Below, piece after piece: positions 1 through 13,461 of a DNA stretch of 64,000 bases. Positions within the stretch are counted from its first letter, which is position 1. Every line of letters begins with the position of its first letter. The notes beneath the pieces were generated by a model, which was not told the origin of the DNA, did no database searches, and was given only the letters and a program-made list of their open reading frames with translations. The position numbers and the translations under genes were made by a program. Origin of the DNA: Azolla caroliniana (taxonomy: Eukaryota > Plantae > Polypodiophyta); the NCBI GenBank assembly GCA_043228905.1, contig JBHGNT010000030.1, positions 248,001 to 312,000 on the forward strand, in the 5' to 3' direction.

Positions 1-74
1 AATCGTGTACGACAGCATTCGAACTGTGGAAAACACTGTCGGACACCTACGAGAAGAAGGTCGCTGCGACGAAG

Positions 75-3000
75 ATGTTTCTGATCCGGCGCCTCTACAA
101 CTTGCGGATGAAAGAATCAGATTCGGTTCAAGCACATCTCAATGAGTACGAAAGCATAAGCTCCCAAATCTCATCTCAGGGGACGGCAATCGAGGATGAA
201 CTCAGAGCAATGATACTCATGAGCAGCCTTCCCTCATCATGGGAAACCTTCGTCACAACCGTGTGCAACGCGTCAACCACGGCTGTTAAATACCCCGAAG
301 TCACGAGCGCAATCCTGACCGAAGTAGCTCGGAGAAAGTCTTTCGCCAAAGACTCAACAGACGACGCTTATGTAGTACAAGGTTCGACAGAACGATCGAA
401 CATACGAGGAAGAGATTCCTCACGGCAGCCGAACAATCAGCGAAGACGGAGCCAGTCACGGGATAATCGAATCTGCAACTATTGCAAGAAACCCGGACAC
501 ATCAAAGCCGACTGCCGCGCACTCAAGAACAAGAACGACAAGTCTCAGAAATCAGACAAGAAGAGTGGCCGGCATGAGGAGATCAATTACGTCAGCTTCT
601 CAGCTGATGTGCTACCAAACGACCCGAATATACTATCAATCGAAAATCCAGTCGGATCAGAAGTTCTGCTCACGACTGAAGAATCGAGCACATGGCTCTT
701 AGATTCGGGCGCGTCATTTCACGTGACTCCTCATCGATCCCAATTTCGGCAATATACGATCCGTCACTCCGACTCAGTTCGAGTCGGCAACTCGCAACAC
801 TGTGACATCATTGGAATCGGCACAGTAGAGCTCAACCTTGCAGGTGGCTCTACACTTGTACTTCACAATGTCCGACATGTACCCGAGCTCTCAAGGCCAT
901 TGATCTCAGTCGGACAACTAGATGAAGACGGCATTCGTGCCGGTTTTTCTTCGGGAGGGTGGACACTCCACAGGGGGAACCTCCTGCTTGCTAGAGGACC
1001 CAAGATACACTCACTGTATCCGTTACATGTTACGCTCAGAGAGGGTAACCTGTTTTTGGTGGACATTCCTGTGTCATCACTATGGCACAGAAGATTAGGA
1101 CACCTCAGCAAGGCCGGCATTACGCATCTATCTAGAGCCGGATACATCCCTAAACTCTCCTTCTCGGACCATCAATTCTGCGAACATTGCCAGTATGGCA
1201 AACAAGCAGCCGCATCACACCCGACATCAGCACCAAGAGAAACGAGACCTCTCGATTTAGTCCACTCGGACGTCTGTGGCCCAATGCCGCATCAGTCTCT
1301 CGGCGGTGCCTCTTACTTCGTCAGTTTTATTGACGATTCGACTCGAAAGGTGTGGGCTTATCCAATTCGCACCAAAGATCGTGTCTTCTCGATCTTCTCC
1401 GATTGGCTCGCTATGGTAGAAAATCAAACTGACCGAAAACTGAAATGCTTTCGGACCGACAATGGGGGAGAGTTCAAATCAGAAGAATTCGTCAAATTCT
1501 GCCGACAACGCGGCATCCGACGTGAATTTACGGCACCACACAGTCCGGAGCAAAACGGGATTGCAGAACGCATGAATCGGACAATCCAAGAACGGATAGT
1601 TTCCATGCTCCAACACTCCGGACTGTCGGATGGCTTCTGGGCAGAGGCTCTACTCACGGCAGTACACATAATCAATATGTCGCCAAGCAGACCTCTAGGA
1701 CTTCAAATTCCTCAGGAACTATGGATCGGCAGTAAGCCGAATTACGACAAGCTGAGGATCTTCGGATGCGAGGCGTACGCCCTTATTCCGAAAGATGATC
1801 GCCGAAAACTTGCACCTCGGTCCAGGAAATGCATTTTCCTTGGATATGGATCAGACGGCAAAATGGGATACCGACTCTGGGACCCCGAACGCAGACAAAT
1901 CGTTCGAAGTTCGGATGTTGTGTTCAACGAGTCGGCTATGAATCCATCAGTCAAAACACCGATCGAAGTCCGAAGGGTAACATTTTCCGATGTGCCGACC
2001 CTTCAAGAAGGCCCCGCTCCTAACACACGGTCAGCTTCACGGGTAGCTGAACCTTACACTACCGACTCGGACAACTCTGACTCGGCACAGCAGAATAATT
2101 CGCTTTCGGACCATCCGACCTCGATACCCGATACGACCAGTCCAATCATACCTCGACGATCCGGAGGTATTCTCCTGGAATTTTCTTCACCGACGCCGGC
2201 GAACCGACGTCTTACGAAGAAGCATCGACATCTGTCGATTCAGCCACCTGGCATCTGGCGATGGAGTCAGAAATGCACTCCATTCGGGCAAACAAGACTT
2301 GGGATCTGGTCGAATTACCTAAGAATCGACGTGCTCTTCCTTGCAAGTGGGTTTATCGATTAAAAGAGACGTCTGATTCGACCACCCCAAAGTACAAGGC
2401 CAGATTAGTTGCGAAGGGCTTCCGACAAGAATATGGCGTCGACTTCGACGAGATTTTTTCACCAGTGGTGAAAATGACAACCCTTCGTTTTCTACTCGGC
2501 GTAGTGGCAGCCGACAACTTGGAGCTGATTCAGCTAGATGTCAAAACAGCCTTCCTCCATGGTGATCTTGAAGAGGAAATTTATATGGAGCAGCCAAAAG
2601 GCTTCGTGGCAACTGGCCAAGAACATCTAGTCTGCCGACTCAGGAAGAGTCTATACGGCCTCAAACAGGCACCGCGACAATGGTACAAGAAGTTCGACGA
2701 CTTCATCCAATCGATCGGCTTCTCCAAAAGCGATGAGGACCATTGTCTTTTTACCAACACAGCTCAAGATGGATCACCCATCTTCCTCATCATTTACGTG
2801 GACGACATGCTAATTTCTGGACGCCACGCGGGCGAACTTGCCGATCTCATTCGGCAATTGCGGTTGAAGTTTGCCATGAAGGACCTCGGTCCGGCACGAC
2901 ACATACTTGGCATGAAGATTAGTCGGCATCGCGATAAACGACATCTTTTTTTGTCTCAGACCGATTATATCGGACGTGTCTTGGAACGCTTCAACATGCA

Positions 3001-3778
3001 ATCAGCCAAATCTGCTTCAACCCCGCTCCCCATGAATCTTCGGCTCTCTCAGCGAGACTGCCCGACATCCGGTCCGAAGGGGGAAGATATGAAGTCGGTA
3101 CCGTATGCACCGGCAGTCGGCTCCCTTATGTACCTGATGGTCGCGACACGGCCTGATATTTCTCATGCCGTAGGAGTCATTAGCAGATTTATGCACAATC
3201 CTGGCCGATCGCATTGGAACGCAGTCAAGCATGTGTTCAAATATTTGGCTGGCACAAAAGACCACGACATTCTTTTCGGTCCGAACTCAACCTCAGGCGT
3301 AGTCGGTTACACCGACTCGGACTTCGCCGGCTGTATAGACAGTCGGAAATCAACAACTGGATACTGCTTCAAATTCGGCAATGGAGCAATTTCGTGGAAG
3401 TCGAAACTTCAGGAGTGCACAGCGACCTCAACGACCGAAGCAGAATATGTAGCTGCGTCCGATGCTGCAAAAGAAGCTTTGTGGCTCGGCCGGCTGGCGC
3501 ACACGTTTCGACAAGTCGACCATGACTCGGCCCCAGTTGTCTATAGTGACAGTCAAGGTGCTGTTGCCTTGTCGAGAAATCCGGTTCACCACAACGCCTC
3601 CAAACATATCGACGTTCGATATCACTTCGTTCGGGACTGCGTCATTTCAGGGAAAATCGGTCTAGAGAAAATATCCACAACCGACAATGTCGCAGATGGA
3701 ATGACCAAGTGTCTTTCGGCAGACCGCTTTCGGTCCCTTCGGCATCAGATGGGCGTAACGACAAACCAGTCCGGTTAG
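75..3778 (+). pseudogene. pol: C1 gag-pol, one frameshift near 2163
   Basis: CNYCKKPGHIKADC knuckle, WLLDSGAS protease, LWHRRLGH/CEHC and DDE integrase, YVDD RT, TDSDFAG/ADGMTK RNase H. ORFs 75..2363 and 2261..3778 switch frame in the IN-RT linker. Confidence 0.92.
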
Positions 3779-3971
3779 AGCCGGACACAGCGCAGGATGG
3801 TTTCAGACAACCGACATCAGTTCCTTAATGATCGGCTTCAACTCTTCCGACCCGACCAGTCCGGTCTTCTGCCCTCGGACCCTGCCGACTCGAACAAAAC
3901 TGATATGTCCAAGAACCTAGGTTTATACCTGTAATCTTAGATAACCCATGTATACGCCCATTACGGGGGAG

Positions 3972-4161
3972 TGTCGAATACAAGTGTATAATGGACGTAT
4001 TCACACTATCCCTTTGTATAGCTCAAGTTTGGGCCATTTGTGTAATTAGCATAAATGGTAGTTGCCCTAAGTTTGTCACTATATAAAGTGACCTAGTAAC
4101 CTTTTTGTAAGGTTGGTTGTATTATTGTTTCTATTGAATAGAAAGAGTCCTTTTGTGCCTC

Positions 4162-4193
<32 letters not shown>

Positions 4194-4211
4194 GTGCACG
4201 ATCTTGGAAAC
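3972..4211 (+). repeat. C1 3' LTR (partial)
   Basis: TG start right after the PPT, TATATAA near 4080, (CT)n tract, ends at the CH1 LTR. Confidence 0.75.
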
Positions 4212-4594
4212 TGTCATACGCAGGTACTCAACCCAATCGAATGCTACTTGATCTTCCGCATTGACGGCCTCGACTACAACATCCCATACCACCGCCGTGG
4301 CGTCGAATTGTACCTGGTGCTGGCGCGCTTGCTACAAGAGTTGAGCCACCACAAGACAGAGTCTCGACGTAGTCAACAAGATGATGAAATGAGGGTAGCT
4401 AGGCCTCTATTTATAGCGATACCCAAGGCCCCTAGCCATGTTCACACTTGGCCTAATGGGTTGTCTCAATCCCGAGGATTTAAAAGTAATCCGCCCCTTC
4501 TTTACACTCTCGTTTAACCCTCACACTTATCCACGTGTATAGAATACTACGGTAAATTCTCACCACGGGATATTATATGGTCATGCCCGTAACA
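4212..4594 (-). repeat. Chromovirus CH1 3' LTR
   Basis: Minus strand reads TGTTACGGG...CGTATGACA. PPT AAAGAGGGGGAGTA at 4595-4608. First ~320 bp match the CH2 LTR at 52431. Confidence 0.88.
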
Positions 4595-6938
4595 TACTCC
4601 CCCTCTTTAAAACATTGCACTCTTGCAATGGAAAGTTAGGGAAGTTAGTTCTAAGAGTATTTTCGCGTTCCCAGGGGGCATCTTTTATTGATTTATCCAT
4701 CCATTTTATTTTAAATTCTCGGATTTCTTTAATACGTAATTTTTTTGTTTTAACATCGAGAATTCTTTCTGGTACATGTGGTTAAGAAGATATTTCTTCA
4801 GAAGTAACCAGAGTTTCAGTTGTAATTGTATTGTCGCCAGAACCTAGAAGTTCTTTTAGACGACTCACATGAAAGACTGGATGAATTCCAACATCATCGG
4901 GAAGAGCGAGACGATAGGCTAATGACCCAATGCGTTTGAGGACTGTAAAAGGTCCACAAAAACGTGGGGCTAACTTAGTGCACTTACCCGTAAACAATGT
5001 CTTAGAATTGTGAGGTACACGTAAAAATACCTTCTGTCCAGGGTTGAATACACGAGGTTGCCTATGATGATCGGCGTAAAAACGCGCTCTATCTTGAGCT
5101 ATTTTTATATAATCTCGTGCAATATGCAACATATCTTGCATATCCCGAACAAAGTTTTGCGTACTTCGCAACTCATCATGATGTATATTAACATCAATCG
5201 GGGCTCGTGGCTGAAAACCATACATCAACATAAAAGGACTATATCCCGTCGACGTATGCTTAGAGCTGTTATAAGCAAACTCCAATATTGGGAGATAACG
5301 TTCCCATTTTGTTGGTTTTGCACCAACATATGCTCGAAGCATGTCCTCAATAATTTGATTTACTCGTTCTGTTTGTCCATCGGATTGAGGATGATCCGTG
5401 GAGCTTATGCTCAATGTAGTTTCTAACTTCTTAAAGACTTGCGTTTAGAAGTCACTAGTAAATTTTGGATCTCGATCACTCACGATATCCATCGGTAACC
5501 CATAAAAACGAAATAACTCATCAACGAATTGGTAAGCCAATTCAGGAGCTGTTACTGTGGTTTTAGTAGCAATAAATCTGGCCATTTTAGTTAGTCGATC
5601 AACCACAACGCAGATGGCATCATGGCATTTCTGGGTGCGAGGAAGGTTAATAATAAAATCCATGGATATACTTTCCCACTTATTGTTGGGAATGTCCAAG
5701 GGATGTAAAAGTCCTGCGGCTTTAAGTCGCTCGACTTTGTTAACCTGACATTGGTGACATTTAGTCACATAGCTATGTATGTCAGGGCGCATCTTAGGCC
5801 AATAAAATTGAGTGGAGATGAGAACGAGTGTACGATGTATTCCAGGATGCCCTGCTGAGGGTGCAACATGGCATTCAAAAAGAATCCTCTTTTTGACCTC
5901 GGGTAAATCTGGAACACAAACCTTCCCATTACGGTAGAGCAGACCGTTAGCAATGTGGAAGTATTCCTTCGAGGATGTGGTGGTGTATGTTCCAGACTCA
6001 ACTCTTGCCTAGTATTTTGAAAAATAACTGTCATCAGGATACTTTCCTCGAAGGTGATCATAAAGATCTGATGATATTTCAGTGAAGCTAAGCATGTTAA
6101 CTTCACGGATGCGACTTAGTGCATTAGCGATAGTATTCATGGAACATTTACGATATCGTATGGAAAAATCAAAGTCCTGGATGATATTAGCCCATCGTGC
6201 CTTACGACCTTTCAGGTCTTGTTGATCACAAAAATATTTCAAGGACTCGTGGTCCATAGTTACCACAACGCGATTTCCATAAAGATAATGGCGCCATGTT
6301 TTGAGCGCATGTATAACTGCAAATAATTCCTTTTCTTGAACGGTCTACCGACATTGAGCATAATCAAGTTTCTTACTCTCGAATGCTATTGGTTTACCAT
6401 CTTGATATAAGACAACACCTATAGCGTAATCGCTTGCATCGGTTTCAACCTCAAAAGGTTTTGAAGGATCGGGTAAAAGAAGTGAAGGAACCTTGCATAC
6501 CAGGTCCTTGAGTTCCTTAAAGGCGAGGTCTAGTGTTGTAATCCACACAATAGGTTTCGTAGACTTATGTGTTTGACCTTTTAGAAGATCAATAAACGAC
6601 GTCGTCAATTGGGAGTAATTACGAAGGGATTTTCGCAAAAACTTGAGAAAACCAAGGAATGATCGAACTTCTCGAATGTTCCGAAGAGTGGGCCAAAGCT
6701 TGATTTTCTCGATGCGAGAAGGATCAATTTCAACTCGTTCGGTTATGAGATGTCGAAGATAAGTAATTGATTTCTTGAAGAACTCACATTTTGAGATCTT
6801 CGCGTAAAACTGTTTGTCACACAATGTTTGTAAAACAAAGCAGACATGTTTAGCATGTTCTTGTAATGTACGGCTATAAACTAAAATATCATCCAAGAAA
6901 ATAACGACAAATTTTCCAAGTTGTTCTCGAAAAGTGTC
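4595..6938 (-). pseudogene. pol: CH1 pol remnant (RT C-terminus, RNase H, integrase, chromodomain)
   Basis: [42 protein letters not shown], and PERILD...KIKW...PWERE chromodomain. Several stops and frameshifts; near-identical to CH2 at 62020-64000. Confidence 0.92.
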
Positions 6939-7424
6939 TTTGTACACGCACGCGCGTAACAACGCGACAACGGTGCACTTGGCTGATGGAAGAGTACAAT
7001 ACATTAACGGGGCGATTCATTCATTAGGAATTTCTATTGATACTTATATAGAGGAAGTAGACTTCCATGTAATGAATATTTGTACCACCGATGTAATACT
7101 GGGTTATCCCTAGTTTTATAGTAAAAGCTCTTCTTTATCTATTGATTGGGTTAATCATTCAATTACGTTTGTACTGAACGATTGTACTCATTTTATTCAA
7201 TGTGTAAAAAAACAATCCCTCTCGATTGTTTCCTCATGTCCATCAATATCCGAGTTGTCTTGTTCTACTCTATTTTATTGTGTACTTGATCTGGACATTC
7301 ACGTTTACAATATCGATAATGTCCTGGTTCAATTAACATATTTTGAACAACAACTTGATGAAATCTTAAATGATTTTCGTGATGTTTTTCCGATTGAACT
7401 TCCAGATGGCTTACCTCCTAAACG
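6938..7424 (+). other. Inverted fragment: terminal ~32 bp of G1 3' LTR + TSD ACGG + CH1 protease-RT linker
   Basis: 6970-7424 matches CH2 61103-61560 in + orientation while flanking CH1 is minus. 6938-6969 is the reverse complement of the G-family LTR end (TGTCGCGTTGTTACGCGCGTGCGTGTA). Confidence 0.85.
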
Positions 7425-9205
7425 CGTCGAGTTCCGCGAGGTGGTATGTGCCGTTGTCGTTCGCGCTCGTCACCGTGTAGGGCCTGAACCACCTCCTAGC
7501 AAACTTTCGCACTGCCTTGTGCTGATGGTCGAGGCTGCTGTCATACACCAAGACCTAGTCGCCTTCCTCAATCTTCTTTGGTCGCAACTGGTGTGTCCGG
7601 TTGAACCGGGTCTTGTTCCGCTCCCTTGTCGCCCGCAGCTTTTCCTTCGCCCTTTTCACGTCCTCCGGCCTTCACTTGAGTTGCCGAATCCACGCCGCCA
7701 GCAACTCCTCCCAGCTCATCTCGCCCTTCCTATCTACCGCCGCCCATGAAGAAACCGTCCGTTCCACCGTCATGATCGGCTTCTGCCCGTACATCAGCTT
7801 CGCCGGCATAAACCCTGTCACCGAACTGTGCATAGTTCGGTCTGCCCATAGTGCGTAAGGAAGGAACCGCGGCCAATTCCTGACCTGCCCTCCGCATGCA
7901 CGTACCAACGCCTTTACGATCAGCCCATGCCCACTTTCTACCTTCTCGTTCGCCTCCGGATTGTACATTGTAGTGAGGGAGAGTTTGACGCCCAGCCGGT
8001 CGAACAACTCCTCAGCTTCTCTCGCATCCAGCTCTCCCCGGTCCGCGACGATCCTCCCGACGCACCCGTACTGACACACTACCTCTTCGACCAGGAACCG
8101 ACATACTGCCGTGGTTGTCTTGTTCTGCAGTGCACGGCCATCCACTTGGTTCGTTAAGTCTTCCCACGCAAGCACCAGGTATCGCATCTGTCCTACTCCC
8201 ATCGACATCGTCACCAAGTCCACCATTCACTTGAAATGGACCGCAAGCGGGTAAGTCGGGTGTAGCTCGTCCCGATGTCGGACTACGGAGTGCATCTGAT
8301 AGCTTTCACAAGTCGTTACGAACTGATGCACGTCCTGGTATAGCCCTGGCCACCAGTACTTCTCCTTCAGCTTCTCGAACGTGGCCCACGTCCCGCGGTG
8401 CCCGGCACAGGAACTCTCGTGAAATGCCGCCAGTAGTTCCTCCTGTTCTTCTTTCTTTGCCACTACTCGGAGCGGGATGTCGTTTCTCTTCTTTGGGTGC
8501 CTCCATATGCACTCGTCCTGTAGGAAGAATTGGTATGCCTTCTTCCGTACCCGGCTCGCCTCTTCTCTCGTCCATGCTGCATTCGGCATCATCGTCCGTA
8601 GGAACCTCCCGATTTGGAGCCACTCCCCGTCGTACCTACTTTCGTCAAATTCGTTAAACACCGGAGCGCTCCCCTTTCTGGTTGCCACGTATGCCGCCTC
8701 GAAGAAATCTACGCCGACTTCCTCGTCCTCCGAAACCATGCTGTCCTCATTTTCGAACCTCGCCCTTGAGAGCATGTCGGCCATGGCGTTGTCTTTTCCG
8801 GAAATATGTCGTATCTCCGGATTCAGGGACTTGATGTATGCTATCCATCTGAGCATTGCTAGGTTCGGTGTCGCACATCCGGAAACCATGCCGAGAATCG
8901 GTAGGCAGTCCGACGACCATGATCTCTGATTTTCCGAAGGCCGATATTCCCCCAGAGAAGGTGAGCCTCGCGCCTTCTAGTCTCTGCATCACCTTCTCGC
9001 AGTCATCGATGTGAGTCGCCACAAAATTCCGACATCCATCCGGTCCAATTGTCTCGTCCTTTTCCTACATCGGGCATCCCCTGATCGGGATGTCATCTAA
9101 GAATGGCATGGTGATGTCCGGGATACAATCCCTGAGCACTTTGTTCATCACGTTCACCATGTGAGCCACCGAGTTCATCCCTCCTTGTGGTAGGGTACAC
9201 ATCCG

Positions 9206-9574
9206 TGTTGGGAGACAGGTCCCTCCGGATGGGAAGGGAGAAGAACAGGTCCCTCCGGATGGGATGGGAAGGGAGAAACGGTATGAACCGGATGGGGAGT
9301 ACCCGACTGCGGAGAGCCGGATGGTGTAGGCCCGGTATGAACCGGATGGGGAGTACCCTACTGCGGAGAGCCGGATGGTGTAGGCCCGGTATGAACCGGA
9401 AGAAGAGACATATTTGTAAATATGTTTCTGAGAGCCCATTGAGGCTACATTTGTAAATAGCCGAAAAGTCATATTAGTATAAATATGACTTAGGGCAAAC
9501 TTTTATGTTAGCTGTTTTTATTGTCGTAATTATTCTTCCTTGTTGGTGCAAGAAGAAGAGAGAGCGCGTAACTG

Positions 9575-9615
<41 letters not shown>

Positions 9616-9896
9616 GAGGTCGTTGCCTCTGTTGTAACCGCCGCCTGTGGCGAAGATCTGAGAGCACGAGGTCGTTGCCTCAGTGAACTCACTGTTGTAT
9701 ATTCCTACATAGTGACAGTTTGCAGCCTGTGGGCTGCCGTGGTTTTTTCCCTATTTTGGGGTTTTCCACGTAAACCTCTTGTGTACCATTTCTCCCTTTT
9801 TTTTTGTGTCGCGTTTCATCACCTGTATTTTTTGTGTATGAAAAGAATCTCGGTTGTGGCCGAGCGTCGGACATAAGGAACGTCGAGTTCTCGTCA
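9206..9896 (+). mobile_element. Copia solo LTR (C4/C5 family) in G1 RT
   Basis: TGTTGGGAGAC...TCGTCA, 5-bp TSD ATCCG at 9201-9205 and 9897-9901, homologous to LTR 48636-49451. Confidence 0.95.
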
Positions 9897-12800
9897 ATCC
9901 GCACTAGGCTGAGAGGAGTCCGCATCGTCGTAATGTCTCTGCTCTCCATGGCTAGTTGGAACTGATCGTACCCTGAGTACAGATCACCGACAGAGTAAAT
10001 CGACCTTCCGGCGAAGGCCTCCACGAACTCGTCTATGGTCGGTCCGATTCCTGCGTTCCGAATGGTCACCTTGTTGACCTATTGCAGGTCTTGAATAAAA
10101 CGTAGTGTGTCGTTCTTCTTTGGCACGGTAAACCACCGATTCGAGTATGGGGCACTCGACGGTTTGAGGATGCCCATCTCGACCTTCTGTTTCAACAACT
10201 CCATCAGCTTCGGGATGTGAGCTCTGGGTACCGGAATCGGTTTGAGATTCCACGACACATGCGGTACCGTGAAGATCACCATCGGTTCCACAACTGTCGG
10301 GTCTACGCACCCGATCTCCTCTGGCGAGAATGCGAAGGATTTCCCATGCCTTCCGAGCATTCTCCGAAACCGGTTCTCCTCCGCCGGCAATAGAAAGCCA
10401 CCCCCACCGACCTTGAGCTCCCGTAGCGTTATGTCGGTGAACCGGTGCCCTATGCCAGCCGGATTCCATAAACTTGGGTCCGACACGACCCCTTTTATCC
10501 GCTCCTCACTGCCCTCCGGCAAGGGTGCCGCGACTGGCCTCACCTTCCGGTTCACAGTCTTGTACTTTGTATCCACACGGGTCGTCCGATCCGATTCGAG
10601 CCCGTTACAAAAGTCGGCGATGACTTCGTACATACCTCCCGAACATACCGGAATCATCCGGTCCTCGTCAAGGCCTCCTTCGATCACTTCTCGTAACTGT
10701 CCCAAGGTGTCGTTGAAAGAGACCGCCTCCACGGCTCCGGCGATTTCCTCTCCAGGGCCGAGGACTCTGCATGCCCGAAGCCGCTCCTCCACCCTCTTCT
10801 TCTCCCAGCCAACGACGCCGACAATCGTACAACCCCCGCTGTCGGAGAACCAAAACTTCCTACGTATGGTACAGGTCTTCTTCCGTAATGTACATTTGTG
10901 GGGTTTTTCCTGGGTGTCCGGACTATCGCGGCCCCACGCCTTGATAGCCCTCTCTAAAAATCCCCTCGGGTTTCGCCGCCGAGGGCCTCCCGGTTACGGT
11001 CATGGTTCGGTCGCACCGTCAGGAACTAGACCGAGTGACGCCCGTCCTGGCTCTTGACTCTTGCATAGGCCGAACCGTTGTCCAACACCTTGGTCTCCAT
11101 CCGTGCCGCCGTGATGTATGGCTCTCCCAGTATAACTGGATGCGAGGACGTCTCCTGCACGAAGAAGTGTTGGTCGATCTCGACATCGCCGATTTTCACC
11201 CGTACGTTTGGATAGGCTCCATGTAGTTCTTCCGTGGCGCGCGTCGCTGCCCGTATTTTCCAGCCATGCTTGATGTTGATCGGCCATTTACCCCTCTTGT
11301 AGAAATCCATGGACATCAGGTTGATTTTGGATCCATGGTCTACCAAGGCCACCACCGGTTCCAGAACGTTACCGATCCGTACAAGGGTTTCCGTAGTAGC
11401 CCTGGCCCAATGCGGCTTCCTGTAGTGGCTTTCTGCCAACTCGTCTTCTAGGGCCGCGTCTTCCAAGTGCGTGGTCTGCACCTCCACCGACTTCTTTGGT
11501 TCCGGCTCCGTCGACAACCTTTTCCTCTTCACCAAGTCTACAATGGAGTCGTGGAACTCCTTCTTGGCGATCCCAAGCACTTCCCTCAACGACAACTCCA
11601 CTTTGCTATCAAGGATACGTTCCTCCAAGACCTTTCGGAGGTCTGTGGTCCTTTCGATTTCGGTGCTCAACCGAAACCCCGCCTGCTTCTTTCCGTCCGG
11701 CGCGCCTGGGTTGCCGGCACCGGTCGGTTTCGGTCTGAACTGGGTCTCATACCTCTGGGGGGGGCCGACCCCTCCGACCTTTCCTGCCCATTTGTCCTCC
11801 ACCAGAACCTCGTAGTTCTGGCAAGTGGCTTCTACGAAGCCCGTTTTCTCTTCGACCAGATCGTCCAACCGGTGACCTCCTGGACCTTCTGTGTCCTTTG
11901 CCTTTCGGGTCTCATCACCCCCGACTCGAATTCCTGTCGACATTGAGTAGTTAACCGCTTCAACGTGCCGTGCCGCGGCCTCTTCCATCAACCTCTTCAT
12001 TCCGTCGCGCCCCGTATTCAGTTCTAGGGCTCTCCATGTCTCGCTCTCGTGCACCCGCCCGTTCCAGAGGTACACCACGTTGGTCCTGAGCGCGTCAGCG
12101 AAATCCGTGCAATCCCTCTGAATGTGACCGATCGCATCACAACACATGCACCGCTGCCCAGCCAGCGGCCTCCGGTCGCGAGGTTGTTCGCCGCTGTTTC
12201 TCGGGGCCTGTGCGATTTGCAGGTCGCTCACCATCTGTCTCAACTCCTCTAGAGTCGCTCCTCCGGATGGGCCTCTGGCCACGTCATTCGATGCCGACCC
12301 CAACTTTGGCCAGATTCAGGTCTCTTCCTTCCTACCGGCCGGCACCGATACTAGCTCCTCGAGCCTCCTCCCCTGGACGGGCCCTGACCCCAACGAGCTT
12401 CCGTCGCTCCAATCGCGCCGTTTGTCGAAACGGCTACAGACCCGTTTTACCATGGCCAAGTCTGTCGTGAGCCCTTCGTCCGTTTCCAATAGGGGACCCA
12501 CCTTTTCTCTGTCGAGCGCATCCACCGACTTGACAAACAATAGTACTCGACTCGTTTCGAGCACTGTCCGGTCCAGCGTTGTCGAGATATTACGCAAGTG
12601 CGTGTGGAATCGAGCCGGGACCACGGGGGTCTCGAACCAAAGAGCAAGCGAGGGAGGAGAAAGAGAGGGAATTGGCTACGCAGGACCGGGGATACACAGG
12701 GACACGGCCCTTCAGCACGGAGAACGCGAACAGAGACCGACACAGACGGATGCGAATGACTTAATATGTATATTAAGAAAAATGGCTAACACTACTACAA

Positions 12801-13461
12801 CCCTCGATGGGGCACAGGTTGGTTACAACCGAACAGGCCGGCGAACAGATGCCGATGCCTGCTCGCTTCGACGCACAAAACGGGGAAAAAGGGGGGGGGT
12901 AGCAGGTTGGAGGTGCTGCCGGAAGCACTCGGGCGTTCCTCGAAACAGCGCGAGCCTCCTCGGAACCCTGCACAGAAAGCTATGGAGCTCAAGAAGGAGG
13001 GAAACAGAGAGAGAGAAGCGTCCAGAAACGGTCCGACAGCACTTCGTCCTCTCCGCGCGATATCCCCTTGCAACAGCTCTTTCCTGCTCTTATATAGCCC
13101 GACGAGCAGGCCGTCCTGTCAGCTTTATTCCCTGTCCCTTTCGAACAGGGATCCGCTCCGTTCTTCACGCATCCGCGTAGTTACGCCGCCGACTCGTGCC
13201 GTCCCTTAGCTCGCGCGCGCGACCGAAAAGACTGTTCGCGCGGTCTTTGTCTCCACTCGTGTTAGGGCCCGTTCCTGCCGAATATCCTCCTAACTCGCTT
13301 CTATGTTCGACTTGGAGCGTGCGCGCGTGAGGAACCGGTTCCCACGCCTTGGTCTGCCGATTCCGCTTATGGACGGTTTTCTTCACGACATCCGCCCCCA
13401 CCTAACCGCGCATCCTCCGGTATGCGCCAAGAGAGTTGGGACGGAGAAAACCGGCCCGTCT

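Larger units (their letters stand above)
1..4211 (+). mobile_element. Ty1/copia LTR retrotransposon C1 (5' end outside window, 3' LTR cut by CH1)
   Basis: Domain order gag-PR-IN-RT-RH. PPT ACGGGGGAG at 3963-3971, then LTR start TGTCGA at 3972. Confidence 0.93.
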
